Shown: positions 1 through 8,827 of the stretch, in pieces
How positions within the stretch are numbered: the stretch's first letter is position 1
Layout: each line of letters starts with the position of its first letter
Assembly: GCA_963806855.1 (NCBI GenBank)
Contig: CAWDYW010000001.1
Coordinates: forward strand, 512,001-576,000
Origin: an uncultured Verrucomicrobiae bacterium
GTDB lineage: Bacteria > Chlamydiota > Chlamydiia > Chlamydiales > Rhabdochlamydiaceae
Length of the DNA: 64,000 bases
Direction of reading: 5' to 3'
The notes under the pieces: generated by a model
What the model saw: only the letters and a program-made list of their open reading frames with translations
Told to the model about the DNA's origin: nothing
Databases searched by the model: none
Translations under genes and position numbers: made by a program

Positions 1-246
1 TGATTTATGTGTAAAAATGGTTTTGACAACTGCCCCGGGAGAATCGCATATTTCGGGTGTTGTTTTGGTTGTGAAAGGGAGGTTGTAAGACATTGTATAG
101 GTATTCCAGTGCGGCATCTCTCCTCCTGCAAAGGAATTCTGGGCATGTTTGCAATAGAAATTAATGCGATCTATTGTCTCTGCGGCGTCGCCAGATAAAC
201 ATTGAGGAAGCAACGAGCACATATTTTTAGATATTGAACTAGGCAT
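1..246 (-). CDS. Hypothetical protein, N-terminal 82 codons; runs off the window start
   Basis: Hand translation: ATG at 246 preceded by GGAG, open to base 1 (MPSSISKNMCSLLPQ...). Absent from the ORF track because no stop lies in the window. Confidence 0.6.
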   Translation of the reverse strand, partial: MPSSISKNMCSLLPQCLSGDAAETIDRINFYCKHAQNSFAGGEMPHWNTYTMSYNLPFTTKTTPEICDSPGAVVKTIFTHKS

Positions 247-339
247 TTTTTTAACTCCAATTTTGTAAATTATAAAAAGTATATCATCGATTATACGGGT
301 TTTTGAATTTGTTAACAATTAAAAAAAAGACTGACATTT

Positions 340-1356
340 TTATGATCGAATCATGTGCTCCAGATCGAGTAGCGTAATGTGGTATTCGCTCAGGTGCGCG
401 CCCCTTAAGCTGTTGTTGATCAGGTCGGCGCAGAGACGGCGAGTGGTCCCTGGCCAGAGCGAAAAGTCGACCGCACGCTGATCGTTCTCTTGCTGGAGGT
501 CGTAAATCGACGCTCTCAGGGGGAGGATTCTTGAGAAGAAGCGGAAGATATACGATTTGATCGAAGCGAAGGTGGACTTAGGTTTACCCGATTCTTGTGC
601 TTCCAATTGCAATCCTTCATCGCAGACCAGAAATTTGACGACATCGGTCTTCACTTTTATCTTGAGCATGCCGATAAAATAGGAATAGTCGAGGCCGACG
701 AATGTAAAGCGGATGGTGCTACTGGGCCTGGCGTTTGCCACAATGAAGTCGATATAGGAGCTAAACGACTTGTCTCGGTTAGGAGTGTATTGAACTAGCT
801 GCGAAGCAGAATCGATGTCAACTTTGACCAGGACGTTGAAGTGTTCGTTTTCTTTTCCTCTGATATCGAGTTTGTAGCGATTGGCAAAATCGAAATAGGT
901 ATTGAGTAGATGGAGAAGTTGCAGTTGCTGCTTTTCAGAAACTGGAGCATTGGGGCGTACCCATGGTTTTAACTGCTGGGCCTCTTCAGCTGACGGCTCG
1001 CGTGGATTGAAGGCGGGGCCAAAGATTTCCTGAATCAGTGGGCAGGTGCAAATGTTGAGGATCGTGAGAGAAATTTTGATGATGACTTCGAGGATGAGGA
1101 AGGGGAAGACGATCGGCAGCATGATCATGAGTAGGATCTGCTGACTCATAATCAAGGGTCCGTGGATTGGCCAAAAAAAGAAATTCAGAGTGAATCCAAA
1201 CAGATCTTCAAAGAAGACTTGTATAGGGGAGGCAGCTTTCAAAGCGGGGCGCTCAAGGCTGGAGATTGAGCTTTGATAGGATGAGGTGGGGCGGAGGTGT
1301 TCTGTGATGGGGGCGATATTTGGGGTTGTTGGGGCGGCTATTTTATCTACTTGCAT
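340..1356 (-). CDS. Hypothetical membrane-associated protein, possible effector
   Basis: 338-aa ORF with GGAG upstream, an S/T/P-rich N-terminus and a long hydrophobic stretch at aa ~50-105; no family recognised. Confidence 0.7.
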   Translation of the reverse strand: MQVDKIAAPTTPNIAPITEHLRPTSSYQSSISSLERPALKAASPIQVFFEDLFGFTLNFFFWPIHGPLIMSQQILLMIMLPIVFPFLILEVIIKISLTILNICTCPLIQEIFGPAFNPREPSAEEAQQLKPWVRPNAPVSEKQQLQLLHLLNTYFDFANRYKLDIRGKENEHFNVLVKVDIDSASQLVQYTPNRDKSFSSYIDFIVANARPSSTIRFTFVGLDYSYFIGMLKIKVKTDVVKFLVCDEGLQLEAQESGKPKSTFASIKSYIFRFFSRILPLRASIYDLQQENDQRAVDFSLWPGTTRRLCADLINNSLRGAHLSEYHITLLDLEHMIRS

Positions 1357-1604
1357 GAGGATTCTCCTTAGATCAGGCTCAGGAAGGGGGGTGAAATATA
1401 GGTCGTTGTCACTGCCCTCCTATCTTCAAATGAGGAAAGAAGTCTAATAGAGATATGAATTATTTTCTAATAAATTCTTGCACAAGCTAAAACTCTTCTA
1501 AGTTATTAATTCTAATTATATTGCATTTAAAAATTGTCTGCTGTTTTATTTTATCTTATTAATGTGCTAAAATAAATTGTAAATAAAATATATACAGGTT
1601 AATA

Positions 1605-1829
1605 ATGACAGTTTATTTTTCAAGCACTAAAATTACTGATTACTATTTTCCAGCGCCCGGAAAAAGAGATAGGAAAGTCATCGAAGATGGTGAAACAGTC
1701 GATGACGAACGTATTGAGCTGAACAGGGAGCGTTTAATAGATGATCAGAATACATCCCTTCCACCGCCCCCTAAAAAGCCCACCTATCGTCATGAGAAGG
1801 GGCCAGTTCTAGGGAAGTTGTTCGTTTAA
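1605..1829 (+). CDS. Small hypothetical protein
   Basis: 74-aa ATG ORF after an AT-rich intergenic region; charged and Pro-rich. Confidence 0.5.
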   Translation: MTVYFSSTKITDYYFPAPGKRDRKVIEDGETVDDERIELNRERLIDDQNTSLPPPPKKPTYRHEKGPVLGKLFV

Positions 1830-1839
1830 CTCAGCAGTC

Positions 1840-1928
1840 TTATACCCCGACTCGCCCAAAAGTGTGAATTTGAAACCCGAGGCTTTGGCGCGGTCCAAAT
1901 TCACACTTTTGGGCGAGTCGGGGTATAA
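1840..1928. mobile_element. Short (89 bp) copy of TATA-ended palindromic MITE-like family A
   Basis: Perfect 33-bp inverted repeat TTATACCCCGACTCGCCCAAAAGTGTGAATTTG at 1840-1872 and 1896-1928. Arms are identical to the 23412 copy, and the interior matches that copy's left part in reverse orientation. Confidence 0.85.
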
Positions 1929-2012
1929 TTCGCAAAACCTAAGCTGGCGCAGTAGAACCAGATTGATAGGAAGGGTATGCCCTTTTTGTTCAAAAAGAAG
2001 TTGCGCATGGCG

Positions 2013-2060
2013 TATACTGAAATTGATTCAAAAACCGATTTTTGAATCAATTTCGGTATA
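2013..2060. repeat. 48-bp TATA-ended hairpin
   Basis: TATACTGAAATTGATTCAAAAA-CCGA-TTTTTGAATCAATTTCGGTATA: 22-bp arms with one G:T pair. Confidence 0.7.
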
Positions 2061-2084
2061 ACTCAAGTTAGTAAGAGAATAGTT

Positions 2085-3584
2085 GTGTTTAGTTCAGTTC
2101 AATTAACAGTTGCAGGAGCGCCAGAAGCTTCCGGATCAGCTCCTGCTGCGCCAATTTCAGCAGAATTAGAAACTAATAATGGCAGAGTTCAAGAAGTAGC
2201 TGGGAAGCATTTAGATCAATCTGGGACTTCCTCGACCTCACTCGGAAATTTCGCACAGTTGCCAGGCTTTCTCAATATCTATTTGCTATCATTCTTGGAC
2301 CTGGGTGCGCTGATCGCATTTAGTCACACATCTAAATTGGCAAATGAACTAGCCTGGAATTCAATTGCTAAGCGAATCCATTGCCCCATTGACAAGTCTT
2401 CAGATACTCGCAAGCAGGTACTGAATTTTATTGCTCGCATACGAAAAAAAGCTGAGGAAATTAAGAATCGTCCCCAAGAAATCACCCAAATCTTAAAAAA
2501 ACCGATTCCAACTATTGATCAGATTATCACTCTCCGAAATTGGCTCCTAGCAAGAGAGGACATCGAAAATTGGCGAAAGTTAACTGTTAAAATTAAAGGA
2601 GAATTTCCCAGCCTAGAGTTAGAAGAGCCAGTTGAACTTGACAATCTCACTGTTCAAAAGATCATTAAAAAAGGAATACAATATCGTAAATGGCGTATTC
2701 AGAATCTTGAACTACTGAAAGCTAGGGATGCTTTTGTTGTATGGGAAAATTTGGCTGAAACTGCAGATTTACAAGGTCCAAAGTATGCAGATTTGGCAAC
2801 AGCACGCGCTATTATTGATAAGGCTGGAGAACTAGATGGGTGGGTTACTGAAAATCAAACTGTGCTTACACGAATAGAATATCTCGATCTCAGAGGGAAG
2901 GAACTCACCTCGATTCCAAAAGGGCTAGGCAACCTTCCTCAACTTTGTTATCTCAATCTCAATAACAACCAAATCACCTCGGTGCCCATAGAGCTAGGCA
3001 ACCTCTCTCAACTTCACACTCTTTATCTCTCAGATAACCAACTCACCTCGGTTCCCAAAGAGCTAAGCAAGCTCTTTCAACTTCGAATTCTCTATCTCGG
3101 GCACAACCAACTTACCTCGATTCCAAAAGAACTAGGAAATCTCTCTCTACTTCATGCTCTCGATCTGTCAGATAACCAACTTACCTCGGCTCCCCATGAG
3201 CTAGGCAACCTCTCTCAGCTTCTTTGGCTCGATCTCAAGCGAAATCAACTCCCCTCGATTCCCCAAGAGCTAGGCAAACTTTCTCGTCTTAAAAGCCTCA
3301 ATCTCTCTGAAAACCAACTCGCCGAGATTCCCAAAGAGCTGGACTCCCTCTCTCAGATTCATGAGCTCAACCTCTCTGAAAACCAACTCACCGAGATTCC
3401 TGAATTCCCTTCACTGAAGGGAGGCGTAATTCGGATTTTTGGCAATCCTCTCCAGCCCCGTCATGATAGAGAAAGCGCGCAGGTCGAAGATCATAATTCG
3501 GAGTCCAATCTCGGTGCCATCGTAAGGCTAATAGCATTACCTCTCTTTGCACTTTTCCCAGTGGTGTGGGGTCATCGAAATTGA
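2085..3584 (+). CDS. F-box + leucine-rich repeat protein, probable secreted effector
   Basis: F-box-like FAQLPGFLNIYLLSFLDLGALIAFSHTSK; about 8 23-aa LRRs (LxLxxNQLTSxPxELGNLxQL); low-complexity N-terminus. Confidence 0.85.
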   Translation: MFSSVQLTVAGAPEASGSAPAAPISAELETNNGRVQEVAGKHLDQSGTSSTSLGNFAQLPGFLNIYLLSFLDLGALIAFSHTSKLANELAWNSIAKRIHCPIDKSSDTRKQVLNFIARIRKKAEEIKNRPQEITQILKKPIPTIDQIITLRNWLLAREDIENWRKLTVKIKGEFPSLELEEPVELDNLTVQKIIKKGIQYRKWRIQNLELLKARDAFVVWENLAETADLQGPKYADLATARAIIDKAGELDGWVTENQTVLTRIEYLDLRGKELTSIPKGLGNLPQLCYLNLNNNQITSVPIELGNLSQLHTLYLSDNQLTSVPKELSKLFQLRILYLGHNQLTSIPKELGNLSLLHALDLSDNQLTSAPHELGNLSQLLWLDLKRNQLPSIPQELGKLSRLKSLNLSENQLAEIPKELDSLSQIHELNLSENQLTEIPEFPSLKGGVIRIFGNPLQPRHDRESAQVEDHNSESNLGAIVRLIALPLFALFPVVWGHRN

Positions 3585-3598
3585 GATATTAAAGGTTA

Positions 3599-6553
3599 TT
3601 ACCAAAGCCCCAAAAATCCCGTGGCTGGCTTTGTTACCATGTAGACTTTCAGTCCTCTGAGTAAAAACTCTCTTGCCGCAGTGAGATTATTTTCTTCAAA
3701 GAGCTTTATGGCTTGTTCAGAGGATACGATTGTCAATATCGTCTGCGCTGCATCATAGGAAAGGGATTTGACTTCTCTATCAAATTCTTCCATCTTTTGC
3801 CGTTCAGTCTTATCAGGCTTGGCATAACTCGATATCCTATCGCTTAGAAAGTTCCTCAGAGTTTGGTTTGGAATAAGAGTCTCGATTAAAGTTCTACGTG
3901 CGTAGGCTTTTATTATAGAATCTATATTCGGTTGGGAGTTCATTGCTTCTCCGCCAAAGGAGATCAGCTCGGGTCCTTTTGCTTCTTGGAACAAAGAGCA
4001 TTTCTGCAACTCACGGGTAAGCATTGTGAAATTTTGTAGAGAAGCAACCTGTGTGATGATTTTAAATTCTTTAATAAATCCCTCGATTCGTTTTAATTGC
4101 TCCTCATCTGTTTGTTTGTTTTCAACAGTGTTGAGAAGCGCTACTAGGGAGAGATCGACTTCAATTTTTGCGATTTGGTGATCCAAAAACGATCTAAATA
4201 GTTCTGCAGTTGTCACGCCGTTTTCTACAAGAAATGCTTGCAGGTCTTTATTCGCTAAAAGGGTAGAAAGTTTTCTGACGTCAGCTACTGACATTTGGTG
4301 TTTTTTGTCCCACCATCCACAAAAAGCTTGTTCAAATCTCGCTGGGTCCGCTCCCACAAATGATGAGAATAGGTTGTCGCAGTCAGAGAGCGGTGATAGC
4401 ACTTGGACTACCCGGCTTTTTTTATCTTGATAGCGCGCGCTGACGATTTTCATTAGCTCAGTCAGTAGGGGAGAAAAATGATCTGGGAGTGGATCATTTG
4501 TTTTTGATGGCGACCAGGCTTTAAAGGCTTCAGTAAGACGCTCGCAAGCAGGCTGCTGCGTTTGTACGTGTTGTCTAACACTGAGTGCCAAGGACTCAAA
4601 TTGCTCAGTTCTGTTGATTTCGGCAAAAAATTGACCGACATGAGGTTGTTCGAGCAATTTGGGAAGGTTAGAGAGCTCTTTTGCTCCTTCTCTATCTAAA
4701 GTGGTGGCTAGTTCCGAATCTCGGGCATCCGTGTTTCCTAGGAGGTATTTGGCGATTCTGTAAGAGAGTCCGAAATATTCGGAAGTCAGATCGCAGATAA
4801 TGTTATCAATATCAGGCTTAGCCTGTTCTCGAGCTCCTTTCGAATATCTAATCAATGCTTTTAAAAATTTTGGATTTGGTTTTCCGACATGCCTCAATAC
4901 TGATTCTCTATGGCTTCGAACATCTCTAATTTCGTAATCATCGAAATTGAATCTCAATGTCTGATAGAGGGACTCTTCAGAAAGTGATGATGTATCCGGG
5001 CTAAGCCTATTCCGAGTTTGAGCTTTAAAGAATGCAAAACATGCGGGATTATGCAAAGCGGATGCAATGGCTGAGTCCCATAAGGCATTTTTATCTTCGT
5101 ATTTTTTTCCGCATTCTTGATACCATTCGATAGTTGCCCTTTTAAGGCTACGCCAGTTCCATTTTTCTGCAAATTGATAGAGTTCAACCGCAAGTTCAAT
5201 TTTTCCTGCAAATTCACCTTCATTAAATGTCATCGAACCATACTGGAGCTGTTGCAGAGCGAGCGCGAGCAGCGGATTCATCTGCTCTAAACGAATAGGC
5301 TCAAGTTCCATATGTCCTGATTCAGTCGGTTGTTTCATTACCCACTTGGAATCTTTGACAAAATCTCTCGTTAACCAGCCATGGGAGATTTCTTGAGGAG
5401 TATCGGTAAAGCGCATCTCCAATGGATAGACTTGATCTTCCTCGGCAAGAGCGGTGAACTGCAATTGTGTGACTTTTTGAACAGCGGCGATGAAGCGGTG
5501 TCTTTCAAAAGGTTTATTAGGAATCAATGTGAGTAGGAACTTCAGGTCTACTTTGCTAAATCGCTCGGGATTTAGAGGTCTTACGCTCTTATTCGATTGG
5601 GCTAATTCGAAGAAAAAGTCTCTAATAGTCGCAAAGGCAGCTCGTTGCTCTTCACTATTTAATACAGAGAATCGATCGGTGAATTGGGCAATCGACTCAA
5701 ATGGTTTTTGCTCATTCCACCAAAAGGATGGAATTGCAACGGCAGAAGGGAGATCGAAGGTAACTGATGGAGTAAATTTAGATCCATAGTCAAATTTAGA
5801 TCCATATTGACCTCTGTTTACTGCCGCATTGAAATTGGAGGGTCTTCGCGAATCTGAGCCAGATAACTGTTCATTAATTTGAAGAAGGGCATTGAAAAAG
5901 GAGGGGTTATCCAAATATTTAACAACATGATCCGATAACTTATAGTGATCTATCTTACCAATGCTTTTAAATATCTCTATCAGGCAATCTCTAATGGGAT
6001 CGATTTTTTTCTCTACTGCAAAGTTGAATAGCTCGACCAGAGATTCGATTGAGACGTCTATGCTCCCCTCTTTTTTCTCTCTGTAGAGAAAGTGTGCGAT
6101 ATGATCCAACGTGTATCGAAGGGATGGAGTTAGCCCATCGGCGGATACAATTCCAGTATCGGAAGTGAGAGGTGGGACTTTCAAGCCAGAGGCTCTGCAG
6201 GCACCCATACTCATCCAGCCCCAGCTCTTTCCATTTGTCAATTGGTAGACTTGGGATGCTTCATTTAGTCCATTAAAATGGGAGTTTGTCGCTTTCTGAA
6301 TAGTCGCAAGCAGACGCATTCTTTCTGAGCGGGGAAGAGAGGAAGTGGCGAGAAGGGTGGCCACATCGGTAGAAAATCGCTTTTTATAATCCTCGGGGAT
6401 AATGACATCTTCATCCCAATAGGCTCTTTTACCAAAATATTGGCGCGTTTCTTCTATGAAGACATTTCGCTCTTTCTGATTAAAAAAGGCAGAATTGTTG
6501 CAAAAATTAGCTATAGATTCGAAAGGTTTGTCAACATTAAATTTAACTGCCAT
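3599..6553 (-). CDS. Large hypothetical protein with a tandem ~270-aa duplicated module containing BTB/POZ-like motifs
   Basis: Probable start ATG 6553 (MAVKFN), because the ORF-track start at 6703 overlaps the next gene. Paired motifs KPFESIANF/KPFESIAQF and VELFNFAVEK/VELYQFAEKW. Confidence 0.7.
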   Translation of the reverse strand: MAVKFNVDKPFESIANFCNNSAFFNQKERNVFIEETRQYFGKRAYWDEDVIIPEDYKKRFSTDVATLLATSSLPRSERMRLLATIQKATNSHFNGLNEASQVYQLTNGKSWGWMSMGACRASGLKVPPLTSDTGIVSADGLTPSLRYTLDHIAHFLYREKKEGSIDVSIESLVELFNFAVEKKIDPIRDCLIEIFKSIGKIDHYKLSDHVVKYLDNPSFFNALLQINEQLSGSDSRRPSNFNAAVNRGQYGSKFDYGSKFTPSVTFDLPSAVAIPSFWWNEQKPFESIAQFTDRFSVLNSEEQRAAFATIRDFFFELAQSNKSVRPLNPERFSKVDLKFLLTLIPNKPFERHRFIAAVQKVTQLQFTALAEEDQVYPLEMRFTDTPQEISHGWLTRDFVKDSKWVMKQPTESGHMELEPIRLEQMNPLLALALQQLQYGSMTFNEGEFAGKIELAVELYQFAEKWNWRSLKRATIEWYQECGKKYEDKNALWDSAIASALHNPACFAFFKAQTRNRLSPDTSSLSEESLYQTLRFNFDDYEIRDVRSHRESVLRHVGKPNPKFLKALIRYSKGAREQAKPDIDNIICDLTSEYFGLSYRIAKYLLGNTDARDSELATTLDREGAKELSNLPKLLEQPHVGQFFAEINRTEQFESLALSVRQHVQTQQPACERLTEAFKAWSPSKTNDPLPDHFSPLLTELMKIVSARYQDKKSRVVQVLSPLSDCDNLFSSFVGADPARFEQAFCGWWDKKHQMSVADVRKLSTLLANKDLQAFLVENGVTTAELFRSFLDHQIAKIEVDLSLVALLNTVENKQTDEEQLKRIEGFIKEFKIITQVASLQNFTMLTRELQKCSLFQEAKGPELISFGGEAMNSQPNIDSIIKAYARRTLIETLIPNQTLRNFLSDRISSYAKPDKTERQKMEEFDREVKSLSYDAAQTILTIVSSEQAIKLFEENNLTAAREFLLRGLKVYMVTKPATGFLGLW

Positions 6554-6619
6554 AAGAGCTCCGGTTTTTATTAAGGATAGAGAGGATACCAAAAAAGGGA
6601 AAAAAAGTATAATAGGCCG

Positions 6620-7423
6620 ATGACTTATTTTCTTATCGATTCGGGTAACCAAAAAAAATTTGAACGGTTTGGCAATCAGACGATTGTCCGCCCATGCAGT
6701 CAAGCATTGTGGAAGCCGACGCTACTCTCTTGGGACGATGCCGATGCTCACTTTTCTCGTTTAGAGGGGAAGGGATGGGAAGGGCGGCTGCCGAGTTCTT
6801 GGGTGATTGAACATGATGGGCTGAAGTTTAAGATTGCGCCGACCGATTTTGGCCACTTAGGAGTTTTTCCAGAGCACAGTTTTTTGTGGAGCTGGGCGGC
6901 CGATTTGATTCGGGAAGGGGCCTCTGTTCTCAATTTGTTCGCCTATTCGGGCGGGGCAACGCTTGCCTTTGCTCGGGCGGGGGCGCAGGTGTGTCACGTC
7001 GATGCGTCGCAGGGGATGGTCAAGTGGGCGCGGGAAAATGCGGCGCTCAATGGACTTGAAGATAAGCCGATCCGGTGGATTGTCGACGATGCGATCAAGT
7101 TTTTGCAGAGGGAAATTAAGCGGGGGCGCAAGTACGATGGGATTTTGCTCGATCCGCCGAGTTTTGGTCGGGGCGCGCAAGGCGAGGTGTTTAAAATTGA
7201 GCGGGACATTGGGCCTCTGCTGCAATTATGCAAAGCGCTGCTCAGCGACAAGCCGCTGTTTTTAGCCTGCTCGAATCATACGAGTGGTCTCAGTCCGATG
7301 GTGATGGGTCATCTGTTCGAGGAGATTCTGCCGGGCAAGGCCGAGGTGGGCGAGCTCTTTCTCTCCGCACAGCAGGGACGAGATGTGCCGACTGGAAGTT
7401 ATGCGAGGTGGAAGGGATGTTGA
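6620..7423 (+). CDS. Class I SAM-dependent methyltransferase (RlmI/RlmK-like catalytic domain)
   Basis: Motifs VLNLFAYSGG, GHLGVFPE and GILLDPPSFG. Confidence 0.85.
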   Translation: MTYFLIDSGNQKKFERFGNQTIVRPCSQALWKPTLLSWDDADAHFSRLEGKGWEGRLPSSWVIEHDGLKFKIAPTDFGHLGVFPEHSFLWSWAADLIREGASVLNLFAYSGGATLAFARAGAQVCHVDASQGMVKWARENAALNGLEDKPIRWIVDDAIKFLQREIKRGRKYDGILLDPPSFGRGAQGEVFKIERDIGPLLQLCKALLSDKPLFLACSNHTSGLSPMVMGHLFEEILPGKAEVGELFLSAQQGRDVPTGSYARWKGC

Positions 7424-8244
7424 GGATCACAAGTACACAAAATCCGCAGATCAAAGAGGCGATCAAATTGCAGAATCGGCGGGAGCGCGATGAGACGGGG
7501 TTCTTTTTGATCGAAGGATATCGGGAACTCAAGCGGGCATTTGCAGGCGGCGTGGTGATTCAAAAGCTCTTCATTTGCCCTGAGAAATTTCTAGGGGAAA
7601 ATGAGGATGTGCTGATTGATAGTATCGAGTCTGCAGGTGCGGAGGTATTGGAGTGCGCGCCGGCTGTGTTTGAAAAGCTCTCCTACCGCGATCGGCCCGA
7701 TGGATTATTGGGAATTGGGGTTCAGATGCACTGTTCTCTGGCCACGATGCAGATGGGGCCCAATCCGCTGCTGGTGATTGCCGAGGGGATTGAAAAGCCG
7801 GGCAATTTGGGCTCGATCATGCGTTCTGCCGATGGGGTGGGCGCCGATGGGGTGATTGTCTGCGATCGGTGCACCGATATTTACAATCCGAATGTGGTCC
7901 GGGCCAGTGTGGGGACGCTCTTTACGCTGCCGGTGGTTGAAGCGGGTGGAGGCGAGGTGTTCACATGGCTGCAAGAGCACAAAATTCAGATCGTGGCTAC
8001 TTCGCCTGCCGCCAAGATCGACTATACGGAGGCCGATTTGCGCGGCCCTGTGGCGATCGTGGTGGGGACTGAGCAACTCGGTCTTTCGGACATGTGGCTG
8101 AAGGCCTCTGACATCCAGGTCTCGATTCCGATGAAGGGGGTCGCCGATTCGCTCAACGTGGCCACTGCAACGACGCTGCTGCTTTATGAGGTGCTACGGC
8201 AAAGAAAACTGGGGTATCCGCTTGAAACCGATCTATTGCGATAA
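7417..8244 (+). CDS. TrmH/SpoU family RNA 2'-O-methyltransferase
   Basis: Probable start ATG 7417 (MLRITSTQNPQIK); motifs EKPGNLGSIMRSA, VVGTEQLGL and IPMKGVADSLNVA. Confidence 0.9.
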   Translation: MLRITSTQNPQIKEAIKLQNRRERDETGFFLIEGYRELKRAFAGGVVIQKLFICPEKFLGENEDVLIDSIESAGAEVLECAPAVFEKLSYRDRPDGLLGIGVQMHCSLATMQMGPNPLLVIAEGIEKPGNLGSIMRSADGVGADGVIVCDRCTDIYNPNVVRASVGTLFTLPVVEAGGGEVFTWLQEHKIQIVATSPAAKIDYTEADLRGPVAIVVGTEQLGLSDMWLKASDIQVSIPMKGVADSLNVATATTLLLYEVLRQRKLGYPLETDLLR

Positions 8245-8827
8245 CCATATCCTCATTCTCAATAAGCCTGCCGGTGTGGCGACGCAGCCCGATTTTCACG
8301 AGGCGGCTAGAAGCTGGGTGAAGGATCATTTTGCCAAGCCGGGTAATGTCTTTCTCGAGCCGATTCACCGTCTCGATCGGCCGGCCAGCGGGATTGTGTT
8401 GTTTGCGAGGACGAGCAAGGCGCTCACTCGTCTCAATGAGGCGATGCGGGAGAGGAAAATGCGCAAAACTTACCTTGCGAAAGTGGAAGGGGTTGTCGAG
8501 GAGGAAGGGTGCCTTCAGCATCTGCTGATTCATGGCGATTTCAAGGCCTTCGTCGATCCAAAGGGCAAGCAGGCGATTTTGCGCTATCGTCGTTTACAAG
8601 CCACAGCGCACCATTCTCTAGTTGAAATCGAGCTCGAAACGGGGCGCTACCATCAGATCAGGGCCCAGTTTGCAGCGATTGGCCACCCGATTGTCGGTGA
8701 TCGGAAGTATGGAAGTTGCCAAGATCTTCCGCAGATTGCTCTGCATCATCAGCAGCTCATTTTGGAGCATCCTACGACAAAAGAGCTGCTCACATTTCAA
8801 TGTTCGGCCGCGTTCTCTTCTTTATAA
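8222..8827 (+). CDS. RluA-family pseudouridine synthase
   Basis: Motifs LNKPAG, HRLDRPASG, ETGRYHQIR and GHPIVGDRKYG; probable start TTG 8222. Confidence 0.9.
   Translation: MKPIYCDNHILILNKPAGVATQPDFHEAARSWVKDHFAKPGNVFLEPIHRLDRPASGIVLFARTSKALTRLNEAMRERKMRKTYLAKVEGVVEEEGCLQHLLIHGDFKAFVDPKGKQAILRYRRLQATAHHSLVEIELETGRYHQIRAQFAAIGHPIVGDRKYGSCQDLPQIALHHQQLILEHPTTKELLTFQCSAAFSSL

Noticed and set aside
1864..2061. Short ORFs at 1864-2061, 23435-23710, 23466-23678 and 36846-37043
   Set aside because: They start or lie within palindromic elements; their mutual similarity reflects the repeat, not a protein family.
2880..3400. 69-bp periodic DNA repeats
   Set aside because: Explained by 23-aa LRR coding units.
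6554..6703. Extended N-terminus of the 1034-aa ORF
   Set aside because: Overlaps the divergent methyltransferase gene; ATG 6553 is more plausible.
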